From the NCBI GenBank assembly GCA_905201895.1, contig CAJKPX010000003.1:19840-83839 (forward strand): 64,000 nt of DNA, in the 5' to 3' direction. Numbering within the stretch: the first letter of the stretch is position 1; every line of letters starts with the position of its first letter. The notes beneath the pieces were generated by a model, which worked only from the letters and a program-made list of their open reading frames with translations, made no database searches and was not told the origin of the DNA. Source of the DNA: an uncultured Eubacteriales bacterium (lineage in GTDB: Bacteria; Bacillota; Clostridia; Oscillospirales; CAG-272). The position numbers were made by a program, and so were the translations under genes. Positions 17,584-25,689 of the stretch are shown one piece after another.

Positions 17584-18369
17584 CTATTTAATTTTTAGTG
17601 TAGAATTGAAAAAACTTTTATGGTACTCGGTAGGAGATTGTCCATAGGCCTTGTGGAAGCTACGTGTAAAATGTGACATATTGGAAAATCCGCATTCAAA
17701 ACATATTTCTGTAACTATTACATCCTCTTTCCGCAACATAAATGCGGCATAATCCAATCTAAGTCGTATGAGATATGTAGCAAAATTCACCCCCATATTT
17801 CTCCTAAATATCGTAGACAGATATTGAGGTGAAACAGAGAGCTGCTCTGCCACGCTTTTCAGATTGATCGCCTCACGAAAATGCTCGTGCAGATAGTTTG
17901 CGCACTCGATGGCGATCCGATATCCGCGACTGACCGAGGCGGGACGCACAGCGGACCCCTCCTTCACAACCCGATGCGCCGCCGCGGAGATCAGATGCTC
18001 GGCGTAGCGCCGATCCTCTCCCTCCACCAAGAGCTCCTCAAACAGACGCGCCAAAAAGCCGTTGGGGTCCAAGTCGGTCAACACCGCCGAACCATCGGGG
18101 GTGTTCCCCCGAAATACGTCACCATTAAAGCTGATCTTGATATAGGTTGAATCGGTGGGCTCCTCCACCAGAATTTCGTGAAAATCCGAGGGGCAGATCA
18201 GCACCGCGCTGACCGTGTCGATCTCACGGCGCTCACCGTTGATCAGCACTCCACCCCGAAAAGGGCGGTATAGTGTCATCTCATAATAGGTATGCATGTG
18301 CATGGGGAAGCTATACACCGTTCCCCTGTGAATTTTGATCTCCCCTTGAGGATTGTTTAATTTTTTCAT
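17584..18369 (-). CDS. AraC family transcriptional regulator (compositionally chimeric)
   Basis: Cupin-like N-terminus. C-terminal HTH region: LSVSPQYLSTIFRRNMGVNFATYLIRLRLDYAAFML...GFSNMSHFTRSFHKAYGQSPTEY. Confidence 0.85.
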   Translation of the reverse strand: MKKLNNPQGEIKIHRGTVYSFPMHMHTYYEMTLYRPFRGGVLINGERREIDTVSAVLICPSDFHEILVEEPTDSTYIKISFNGDVFRGNTPDGSAVLTDLDPNGFLARLFEELLVEGEDRRYAEHLISAAAHRVVKEGSAVRPASVSRGYRIAIECANYLHEHFREAINLKSVAEQLSVSPQYLSTIFRRNMGVNFATYLIRLRLDYAAFMLRKEDVIVTEICFECGFSNMSHFTRSFHKAYGQSPTEYHKSFFNSTLKIK

Positions 18370-18474
18370 GACGTCTCCCTGAGAAAATTTGCAAAGATTT
18401 GGTGAAGAAACCGCAAGTATTTACAGATATATTATAGTATAATTATAAAAAAAGTCAAGAGAAAGGCGATTTTT

Positions 18475-20436
18475 ATGAGCAATTTCTTAAAAAAGATCAA
18501 TCCGACCTTCTTTTTGGGTCTGAATTACTGGGCATCCGATAACGCCACCCGTATGTGGGAGGACTTTCATCCTGAGGTGATTCGGGAGGATTTCCAACGC
18601 ATTCGTGAGGCAGGAATCACCCATTTGCGGGTCTTTCCGCTTTGGCATGTCTTTCAGCCTCTTCATTTGCTCTATACCCGTCACAACGTTCCCATGGAAT
18701 ATTCCTTTGACGATACCCCTTTGCCCGATACGCCCGCGGGTGCGGCGGGCGTGAGCGAGGTGGCATGCGAACGGTTCGAGCTCTTCTGTCGGCTTGCCGC
18801 CGACTGCGGCTTGAAGCTGATTGTGGGACTGATTACCGGTTATATGTCCTCCCGCACCTACGCGCCCCCCGCCTTTGACGGACGGGATCTTCTCACCGAT
18901 CCTACGGTAATCAAGTGGCAAACCCGCTTCGTGCGGTATTTTGTGTCCCGTTTTCAACAGTCCGATGCCATCGTGGCGTGGGATTTGGGAAATGAAACCA
19001 ACTTTCTTCCCTGTGCCTCTGACAATCCGGATGCCTTTCAGCTTTGGGCAACGGTGATCTCGAGTACCATTCGCCTTGCCGATCCGACCCGTCCCGTGGT
19101 ATCGGGCTTTGCTAATTCTGATCGTATCGACGCACCTACCGTATCCCCGGGACAGTTCAATCAACGCTCGGTAGGAGAGCTTTGTGACGTACACACCGTT
19201 CATCCCTATCCCACCACCAGCACGCCCGATCCCATTTCCACCATGCGAACGGTTCTCTCCGTGATCGCCCGCTGTCGATTGGCAGAGGACGTCAGCGGGG
19301 TTCCCACCTTTATTCAGGAATTCGGTTCGATCGGTTATCAGCTTTGCTCTCGCAAAACCGAGGCGGATTTTTACCGTTGCTCACTGCTTGCCGCTCTTGC
19401 TCATGACTGTCACGGTACCATGTGGTGGTGCGCCTTCGATCAAGGACATTTCGATTTTTATCCCTACAACTGGAACAACAACGGAAGCGACTACGGCTTT
19501 TTTGACCGCAATGGAGATGCCAAGCCCATCGTGGCGGAAAATCTTGCCTTCCGTGGTCTGCTGGATGTTCTGGGTACAGAGGGGCTCCCCCCACGTAAAA
19601 CCGATTCGGTGATTCTGGTGCCTCGGGATATGGGGGGCTTGGAGATCAATCCGCTCCTGACCACGTTTATGCTTGCCAAGCAAGCCAATCTTGAACCAAA
19701 ATTCCACTACGTCATGGACCCCATTCCCGACGCGCCGCTCTACATTCTGCCCTCTATCATGGGTGGACGCTCTATTTACAATCGTGCAATCTCTAAGCAT
19801 CGCCTGAACGAGCTGCTGGAGCGCGTGCGCAATGGCGCTGTGCTGTATCTGTCTCTGGACACGGGCGTTTTCCGTCAGATTCCCGAATTTACAGGCGTCG
19901 ACTTTTCCCACCGAGAGACAGTAAATGCCGTCAAGCAGCTTTGTATGGACGGTGAACGCCTGCCTATAAAGACATCTAAATTTTTGACTCCCGAAGGTGG
20001 TGCTGCCGAGGTGATCGGCACCGACGAGGACGGAGTTGGAGTCTTCTTCCGCTATCCTCTTGGTAAGGGCTATGTCTTTCTGCTCACCCTTCCGTTGGAA
20101 TCCTACGCCGCAGACACCCCCGGCTTTTTCTGCAAAGCTTGTCGCCCCCGTTATGATTCGGTATACCGCACGGTGGCGCGCTCCGCAGCCATTCGTCCGT
20201 TGGTGGACTCGGATCATCCCTTCGTGCGTTTGACCGAACACCCGAGAAATGACGGAAGTGCATATATCTTTGCCATCAACTACAATAACAAGCCTGAACA
20301 GACACACCTGACGGTTGCCGATAACTACCGATTAGAGCCAATCTTCGGTGGGGTATTCGAAAACGGTATTCTTTCTCTACCCGAAAACAGCGGCGCATTA
20401 TTTATACTTCATCCCTATGATACAACAAAATCTTAA
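18475..20436 (+). CDS. clan GH-A TIM-barrel glycoside hydrolase (GH5/GH42-like; family not resolved)
   Basis: AWDLGNETN (acid/base Asn-Glu) and TFIQEFGSIG (nucleophile Glu), plus a C-terminal alpha/beta domain. Divergent from AraC. Confidence 0.6.
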   Translation: MSNFLKKINPTFFLGLNYWASDNATRMWEDFHPEVIREDFQRIREAGITHLRVFPLWHVFQPLHLLYTRHNVPMEYSFDDTPLPDTPAGAAGVSEVACERFELFCRLAADCGLKLIVGLITGYMSSRTYAPPAFDGRDLLTDPTVIKWQTRFVRYFVSRFQQSDAIVAWDLGNETNFLPCASDNPDAFQLWATVISSTIRLADPTRPVVSGFANSDRIDAPTVSPGQFNQRSVGELCDVHTVHPYPTTSTPDPISTMRTVLSVIARCRLAEDVSGVPTFIQEFGSIGYQLCSRKTEADFYRCSLLAALAHDCHGTMWWCAFDQGHFDFYPYNWNNNGSDYGFFDRNGDAKPIVAENLAFRGLLDVLGTEGLPPRKTDSVILVPRDMGGLEINPLLTTFMLAKQANLEPKFHYVMDPIPDAPLYILPSIMGGRSIYNRAISKHRLNELLERVRNGAVLYLSLDTGVFRQIPEFTGVDFSHRETVNAVKQLCMDGERLPIKTSKFLTPEGGAAEVIGTDEDGVGVFFRYPLGKGYVFLLTLPLESYAADTPGFFCKACRPRYDSVYRTVARSAAIRPLVDSDHPFVRLTEHPRNDGSAYIFAINYNNKPEQTHLTVADNYRLEPIFGGVFENGILSLPENSGALFILHPYDTTKS

Positions 20437-20521
20437 ATAATGAGATTATGATGAAGAGCTTTATAAAATACGAAATAAACGTTGTATGAAATGAAAAAAT
20501 AATGCCTCCTTCTGCAATCTG

Positions 20522-20550
20522 TTGACAAACGTCGTTTTTTGTGGTATACT
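20522..20550 (+). promoter_or_regulatory. dxs promoter TTGACA-17-TATACT with TG extension
   Basis: TTGACA at 20522-20527, a 17-nt spacer ending in TGG, and TATACT at 20545-20550. Confidence 0.75.
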
Positions 20551-20587
20551 AACAAGAGAAATGATAAAAACGCAGAGAGGAGGCAGA

Positions 20588-22510
20588 GTGAACGTGGACG
20601 AAAAGCAACCGATTTCCGAGAAATATCCGCATTTGAATCGGATTAACTGTCCCGAGGACCTCAAGGCAATGCCCGAGGAGGAGCTGCCGATCCTCGCAGA
20701 GGAGATTCGTGCCTTTTTGGTGGAGCGCGTGCTGGAGAACGGTGGGCATCTTGCCTCCAATCTCGGCGTGGTCGAGCTTTCCCTGGCAATTCACCGCGTT
20801 TTCTCCTCGCCGCACGATCATATCATCTTTGACGTGGGACATCAAGCGTATATTCATAAGCTCGTCACAGGGCGACGCGAGGCGTTTTCCACTTTGCGCC
20901 GCGGCGGTGGCATGAGCGGATTTCCCAAGCGAAGCGAAAGCGAGCACGATTGCTTTGGAACAGGGCACAGCTCCACATCTCTTTCGGCAGCTCTCGGATT
21001 TGCCGAAGCGGACCGCATCAGCGGATCGGACGCCTTCACGGTTTGCGTTCTGGGTGACGGTGCCTACACGGGCGGCATGATCCACGAGGCGATCAACAAT
21101 TGCCGACGTCGCCTTCGCCTGATTATTATATTGAATGAAAACGAAATGTCGATCTCCAAAAACATCGGCAGATTTGCGCGCACACTCTCGCGTCTGCGTT
21201 CCTCAAAGGGCTATTTCAAGACCAAGAACGCAACGTCCTCTATTTTGAGTAAAATCCCTCTGATCGGAAAGCCGATGGTGTCGGGGCTGCGTCGCCTCAA
21301 AATGGCACTCAAATCGGCACTTTACGGCAGTAACTATTTTGAGGATCTCGGACTCTATTATCTCGGTCCCGTTAACGGAAATGACGAGGATGCGGTGGAA
21401 ACGCTTTTGCGTGAGGCAAAGGCAAGCCGACAGTGCTGCGTGATCCACCTCAAGACCCAAAAGGGCAGAGGATACGCACCCGCCGAGGCAACGCCCGACC
21501 GTTTCCATGGCGTGCCCCCAAAAGGCACGATTGTGCCGAGCGGCACCTCCTTCTCTGAGGAAATGGGCGCTACCCTGACCGCAATGGCAAACAAAAACGA
21601 GCGCATTTGCGCGATCCCCGCCGCAATGGCGGGCGGCACGGGACTTGTAAAATTTGGCAACGCCTATCCATCCCGATTCTTTGACGTAGGCATTGCAGAG
21701 GAGCACGCGGTCACCTTCGCGGCAGGTCTTGCCGCAAACGGACAGCGCCCCGTAGTGGCGATCTATTCCACCTTCCTTCAACGTGCCTACGATAATATCA
21801 TCCATGACGTTGCACTTCAGAATCTTCCCGTTGTCTTTTGTATCGACCGTGCGGGTCTGAACGCTTCCGACGGTGCAACGCACCACGGTATTTTCGACGT
21901 GGCATTCCTCTCGCAGATTCCCAACCTTGCAATTTACACGCCAATCACGCGTGCCGCTCTGCGTGTTGCAATGGAGGCTGCACTCCGTGCAAGCACCCCC
22001 ACCGCGATCCGCTATCCGAGCGGATATGAGGATCCCGCAATCGTGGAGGCGTTTTACGGACAAACCGACCCGACCGACGTTCGGGCGCGCAGCAATTATC
22101 TGCATGGCTCAGGCAGCTCTCCCGAGGACATTGACGCACTGATTATCACGCACGGCAGAATTGCTAAAGAGGCGCTGATCGCTGCAGACCGTCTTGCCGA
22201 GCGCATGCGCGTTGGAATTCTGCTCCTGGAGCAGCTCAAGCCCTACGATGCGATTGCCAACGAAATCGCCCCCATGATCCCCCAAAAGGCATGCCACGTG
22301 ATCTTTTTGGAGGAGGAAATCTATGCGGGTGGCATGGGCATGATGCTCTCGGACGCACTCTCAACTCACAGCGTAATGAAAAACAAGACCGTTAAGGTTA
22401 TGGCTCTCTGCGACGGCTTCGGTATTCAGGAAAAGCACGAGCCTATCCGCCATTCCTTCGGACTCGATGCGGATGCATTGGTCGAGGTGCTAACGGAGGA
22501 GAAAAATTAA
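20588..22510 (+). CDS. dxs: 1-deoxy-D-xylulose-5-phosphate synthase
   Basis: GHSSTSLSAALG, VLGDGAYTGGMIHEA (TPP binding) and CIDRAGLNASDGATHHG. The ORF-track ATG 20522 is the -35 box itself. GTG 20588 or 20594 follows GAGAGGAGG (20575-20583). Confidence 0.9.
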   Translation: MNVDEKQPISEKYPHLNRINCPEDLKAMPEEELPILAEEIRAFLVERVLENGGHLASNLGVVELSLAIHRVFSSPHDHIIFDVGHQAYIHKLVTGRREAFSTLRRGGGMSGFPKRSESEHDCFGTGHSSTSLSAALGFAEADRISGSDAFTVCVLGDGAYTGGMIHEAINNCRRRLRLIIILNENEMSISKNIGRFARTLSRLRSSKGYFKTKNATSSILSKIPLIGKPMVSGLRRLKMALKSALYGSNYFEDLGLYYLGPVNGNDEDAVETLLREAKASRQCCVIHLKTQKGRGYAPAEATPDRFHGVPPKGTIVPSGTSFSEEMGATLTAMANKNERICAIPAAMAGGTGLVKFGNAYPSRFFDVGIAEEHAVTFAAGLAANGQRPVVAIYSTFLQRAYDNIIHDVALQNLPVVFCIDRAGLNASDGATHHGIFDVAFLSQIPNLAIYTPITRAALRVAMEAALRASTPTAIRYPSGYEDPAIVEAFYGQTDPTDVRARSNYLHGSGSSPEDIDALIITHGRIAKEALIAADRLAERMRVGILLLEQLKPYDAIANEIAPMIPQKACHVIFLEEEIYAGGMGMMLSDALSTHSVMKNKTVKVMALCDGFGIQEKHEPIRHSFGLDADALVEVLTEEKN

Positions 22511-22514
22511 AAAA

Positions 22515-22551
22515 ACAGGACTTTCCTTTCTTGGGAAAGTCCTGTTTTTTA
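22515..22551. terminator. rho-independent terminator after dxs (bidirectional shape)
   Basis: ACAGGACTTTCC (22515-22526) pairs with GGAAAGTCCTGT (22534-22545). T6 downstream and A5 upstream. Confidence 0.85.
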
Positions 22552-22735
22552 TCGTAGTTGCCGTTAAAGCAAGCGCTTTTTGATGTTTTTGAGTGCTTTT
22601 TCGAGCGTTTTCTTCTCGTAGGCTGCATAAAGATCAAAATTGCTGAACGTTCCGCCATCATCGTTTGCCCAACCGATCAACCCATAGTGATTTTCCTAAT
22701 CTGATTATATTATGATTGCAGGTTCTTGTCACCTA

Positions 22736-23311
22736 CTATCTGATCGAATAAAGCAACATCCCAAGCCCCGCCGAAATCAGGATCATGAGTATCGGAGAGG
22801 GCTTTTTTCTTTTGAACTTTTTGAATAGAAATGCAGTCACAACAAGGATCGCAAAAATGAGAATTCCTCTGACGTCGATCGCAACCCCGCCGCCGACGGT
22901 GGTGACGCCGAGCAGCGTGCTCAAAAGCATTGTGATGGCTGTTGCCAGGATCAAGGCGATCACACACGGGCGGACGCCCCCAAGGAACGCCTGAACGCCC
23001 TTGTATTTGAGAAAGCTTCGTATCAGCGCCGAGATCAGCAGAATGATGATAAAGGAGGGAAGCACCACACCGAGCGTTGCCACGAGCGAGCCGAGAATGC
23101 CCCCCTGTGTTGAGCCGACAAAGGTTGCCATATTGACGGCGATCGGTCCCGGTGTCGACTCGGACACCGCGATCATGTTGAGCAGCTCCTCCTCGGTCAA
23201 CCATCCAAATCCCAAAGCCTTTTCGCGTATCAGCGAGATCATGGCGTATCCGCCGCCAAAGGTAAAGAGTCCGATCTCAAAGAAGGTCAGAAATAATTTG
23301 AGGTAGATCAT
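22736..23311 (-). CDS. chrA: chromate transporter family protein (second half-size subunit)
   Basis: FTFGGGYAMISLI and SESTPGPIAVNMATFVG. ATG 23311 overlaps the upstream stop (ATGA). Confidence 0.85.
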   Translation of the reverse strand: MIYLKLFLTFFEIGLFTFGGGYAMISLIREKALGFGWLTEEELLNMIAVSESTPGPIAVNMATFVGSTQGGILGSLVATLGVVLPSFIIILLISALIRSFLKYKGVQAFLGGVRPCVIALILATAITMLLSTLLGVTTVGGGVAIDVRGILIFAILVVTAFLFKKFKRKKPSPILMILISAGLGMLLYSIR

Positions 23312-23877
23312 TTTCTCTCCTCCTTCTTTAGTTTCTTCAAAAGGTAGAGGAACAGACCCGCACCACCGCAAATCAGAATATAGAAGATCGTTGAGAACTT
23401 CACGGCAAGGAGTGAGAAGGCAAGCATACACAGAACAACAGCCGAAACAATCGTGACAGAAAACGCGGTTTTCTTCATCTGTCCGAGCATCTTGATCCCC
23501 GCAGAGAAAATAAGATAGACCACACAAACCTGTATGCCACGGAAGGCATATTCCACAAGCTGAAAGGAGAGAAAGGCGTCAAAGAAAAGGGAAATAAGAT
23601 AGATAATAACAAAGGAGGGGATGCACACGCCAACAGTCGCCATCGCCGCGCCGAGAAAGCCTGCCTGCTTGTATCCGATATAGGTCGCGGCATTGATGGC
23701 AATCGGCCCCGGCGTCGACTCTGCGATCGCCACCATGTCGAGAAATTCGTCCTTTTCCATATAGTTTTTCTTTTCCACAAACTCATTCTCCAGCAGCGCG
23801 ATCATGGCATACCCACCGCCAAAGGTGAATAGCCCGATCTTGAGCATGGTGAAAAACAGACCGAAATATTTTTTCAT
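23308..23877 (-). CDS. chrA: chromate transporter family protein (first half-size subunit)
   Basis: FTFGGGYAMIALLE and AESTPGPIAINAATYIGY. Confidence 0.85.
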   Translation of the reverse strand: MKKYFGLFFTMLKIGLFTFGGGYAMIALLENEFVEKKNYMEKDEFLDMVAIAESTPGPIAINAATYIGYKQAGFLGAAMATVGVCIPSFVIIYLISLFFDAFLSFQLVEYAFRGIQVCVVYLIFSAGIKMLGQMKKTAFSVTIVSAVVLCMLAFSLLAVKFSTIFYILICGGAGLFLYLLKKLKKEERK

Positions 23878-23908
23878 GTTTTCCTCGTTAAGTTCTTTTA
23901 ATGAAACT

Positions 23909-23917
23909 ATTATAACA
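23909..23917 (-). promoter_or_regulatory. extended -10 promoter (TGTTATAAT) for the chrA pair
   Basis: The reverse complement of 23909-23917 is TGTTATAAT, about 30 nt upstream of ATG 23877. Confidence 0.5.
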
Positions 23918-24048
23918 TATTTTTACAATTATTTCAAGCATTTATTTACGGAGTGTTACAGTACACACCGGTGCCGCGATTTACGATGCGCTGACGGATT
24001 TTGGGGAAGGGAAAAGGGCTACCAAATGGTTGCCTTGGGGCAATTATT

Positions 24049-25182
24049 TTAGAGTTTTTTCAATAATGCTTCAACTCGTGCTCGAATTGTTGTAAACTGG
24101 GAGTCTAATGCCTTGAATATTGCTTCTTGGGTTGTAGAGGATTCATAAGAAAACGAAGACGTTGAGAAAATTCTCCACCATTCCCAATTGTTTTTTTGAG
24201 GTGCTTTTCCTGTTGCAATCATAATTTGCTTAAAAACATCTTGAATTTGCTTTGGCGTATTTACATTGCTAAAGGAAACAAACATTTTAAATTTCCCACC
24301 ATAATTTTCGATTTCATATGTATAAAAGTGTCCGTTTTTCCAACCACTTTTTACGTCATTTTGATAAGGCAGTACTGCATTTAAATCTAAGGTCGTGAAT
24401 CGTGTATATTTTTTACTGGAATTGTTGTGTAGAAATATTAATTCGCCTTCTTGCATTTTTATTTTGCACCACTCTCGAATGATTGGTGAGATATCCAAAT
24501 TGGCGATGGTATCAGTAGAAGTATCATAATGTTTTGTTTGGATATTAAGTTTTGAAGTTGCATTGAAGGTAAAGTCACTTAAAACATGGTCAATATCAGC
24601 TTCGGAGTATTTCTCTAACAACTTTGATTTTACAGTTTCCTTAATCCAATCTTTGTCCGTTAATTGGTGCTTGATTTCAGAAATGCTTTGCTCATGTTGC
24701 TTCTTTTTCAGTATATAATTGCGTATCTTTTCAGCAGAGAAGGTCTCTTTTGCAAGCATATCCATTAGCGCAATTCCGTCTTGATTGTCTTTCTCAAATG
24801 GAATTTCAATTTTGTTTACGGATATTGTTGAATACTCATAATGGTACAGATATATCTTATTGCATATAACCATACCGATAGAGAGGTGCGTTTGATTCAA
24901 ATAGCTTATAAGCTGTGATTCAAATGATTCGTGGAAAGGTAAACTGTATTGCTTAAGTTCAATGTCAAGAATATCCTTATTGTTAACTCGAAGAATAATA
25001 TCAGGAATAATAGCGCCTCCAGAACCAACGGAAAGATGACGCTGAGAATTAATTTCATGTTTTTCGAATCCAAACAACCTAGCACAATACATTTCCCATT
25101 CTGATTGGATTTTTGTTTCCAATGAGGAGGAGAGTTGTTGATGTTCTTTAACAATCAAGTTCCACTTTTCTGTATTAGTCAT
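24049..25182 (-). CDS. AT-rich islet gene: HsdR-N-like PD-(D/E)xK nuclease-fold head plus uncharacterised C-terminal domain
   Basis: SEWEMYCARLFGFEKHEINSQRHLSVGSGGAIIPDIILRVNNKDILDIELKQ gives an E...PD...(D)IELK pattern. ATG 25182 follows AAGAAGGA. About 32-33% GC in hand-counted lines. Confidence 0.7.
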   Translation of the reverse strand: MTNTEKWNLIVKEHQQLSSSLETKIQSEWEMYCARLFGFEKHEINSQRHLSVGSGGAIIPDIILRVNNKDILDIELKQYSLPFHESFESQLISYLNQTHLSIGMVICNKIYLYHYEYSTISVNKIEIPFEKDNQDGIALMDMLAKETFSAEKIRNYILKKKQHEQSISEIKHQLTDKDWIKETVKSKLLEKYSEADIDHVLSDFTFNATSKLNIQTKHYDTSTDTIANLDISPIIREWCKIKMQEGELIFLHNNSSKKYTRFTTLDLNAVLPYQNDVKSGWKNGHFYTYEIENYGGKFKMFVSFSNVNTPKQIQDVFKQIMIATGKAPQKNNWEWWRIFSTSSFSYESSTTQEAIFKALDSQFTTIRARVEALLKKL

Positions 25183-25265
25183 ATAAATCCTTCTTTCGTT
25201 GAAACTATTATTAATCGTATTATACCACAAAATAGAGAAAACTGCAATCTTTTTTTGAATATAGC

Positions 25266-25349
25266 AGAGAGGGGTACTCGCTTACGCGAGAATTTTTCAC
25301 CGAGCCGCTTGTGAGCGAGCTCCCAAACGGCTTTCGGCTCAAATGCGAA
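25266..25349 (+). repeat. left arm of an inverted, partially conserved element pair flanking tRNA-Ser
   Basis: Blocks are CTCGCTTACGCGAGAATT (25277-25294), GTGAGCGAGCTCCC (25311-25324) and TGCGAA (25344-25349). See the right arm. Confidence 0.6.
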
Positions 25350-25398
25350 CCCGATTTTGCTTCGCAAAAGGAGTGTTCTTTCCACCAATCTCGGCAAA

Positions 25399-25427
25399 GC
25401 AAAAACGGAACGCCAATTGGCGTTCCG
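25399..25427 (-). terminator. rho-independent terminator of tRNA-Ser
   Basis: On the minus strand, GGAACGCC-AATT-GGCGTTCC is followed by GTTTTTG. It starts 9 nt after the tRNA 3' end. Confidence 0.8.
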
Positions 25428-25435
25428 CATTGCTT

Positions 25436-25524
25436 TGGCGGAGAGAGAGGGATTCGAACCCTCGTGTGCGTTAGCACAAACTGATTTCGAGTCAGCCCCG
25501 TTATGACCACTTCGATATCTCTCC
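25436..25524 (-). tRNA. tRNA-Ser (anticodon CGA), CCA encoded
   Basis: Hand fold: acceptor GGAGAGA/TCTCTCC, anticodon stem GCTGA/TCAGT with loop CTCGAAA, a 5-bp variable arm TGTGC/GCACA, T-arm GAGGG-TTCGAAT-CCCTC and discriminator G plus CCA. 89 nt. Confidence 0.92.
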
Positions 25525-25558
25525 ATCTTATGATGCACAGCCGTGCATCATAAGATGG
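25523..25558 (-). other. perfect 16-bp hairpin abutting and overlapping the tRNA 5' end
   Basis: CCATCTTATGATGCAC (25523-25538), loop AGCC, then GTGCATCATAAGATGG (25543-25558). The last 2 nt are the first two G of the tRNA. Confidence 0.8.
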
Positions 25559-25561
25559 AAC

Positions 25562-25645
25562 TTCGCATTCGCAACTCGAAGGTCGGGGAGCTTGCTCACC
25601 AGACGTAGAGTTAGCGAATTCTCGCCGTAGGCGAGATATCTCTCC
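25562..25645 (-). repeat. right arm of the inverted element pair (lies within the tRNA leader transcript)
   Basis: The minus strand reads AGAGATATCTCGCCTACGGCGAGAATT...GTGAGCAAGCTCCC...TGCGAA. Collinear with the left arm at 18/19, 13/14 and 6/6 nt, with spacers of 17 and 18 nt against 16 and 19 nt. Confidence 0.6.
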
Positions 25646-25689
25646 TTGATGCATACTATGCTTTTGTGTTGCGCGTCGCAACGGATGAT

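Noticed and set aside
20522-20587. N-terminal extension of dxs from ATG 20522
   Set aside because: That ATG is inside the -35 hexamer of the dxs promoter. The RBS at 20575-20583 serves GTG 20588/20594.
25560-25650. Possible second tRNA, tRNA-Sec or pseudo-tRNA upstream of tRNA-Ser. It starts with GGAGAGATATC like the tRNA and has a long D-arm-like CTCGCC-TAC-GGCGAG stem.
   Set aside because: No complementary 3' acceptor strand, no TPsiC-loop (GTTCGAAT-like) sequence and no acceptable 7-nt anticodon loop could be folded. It is kept only as an unexplained repeat/leader element.
25220-25681. 153-aa minus-strand ORF
   Set aside because: It reads straight through tRNA-Ser, its terminator and the leader hairpins, so it is not coding.
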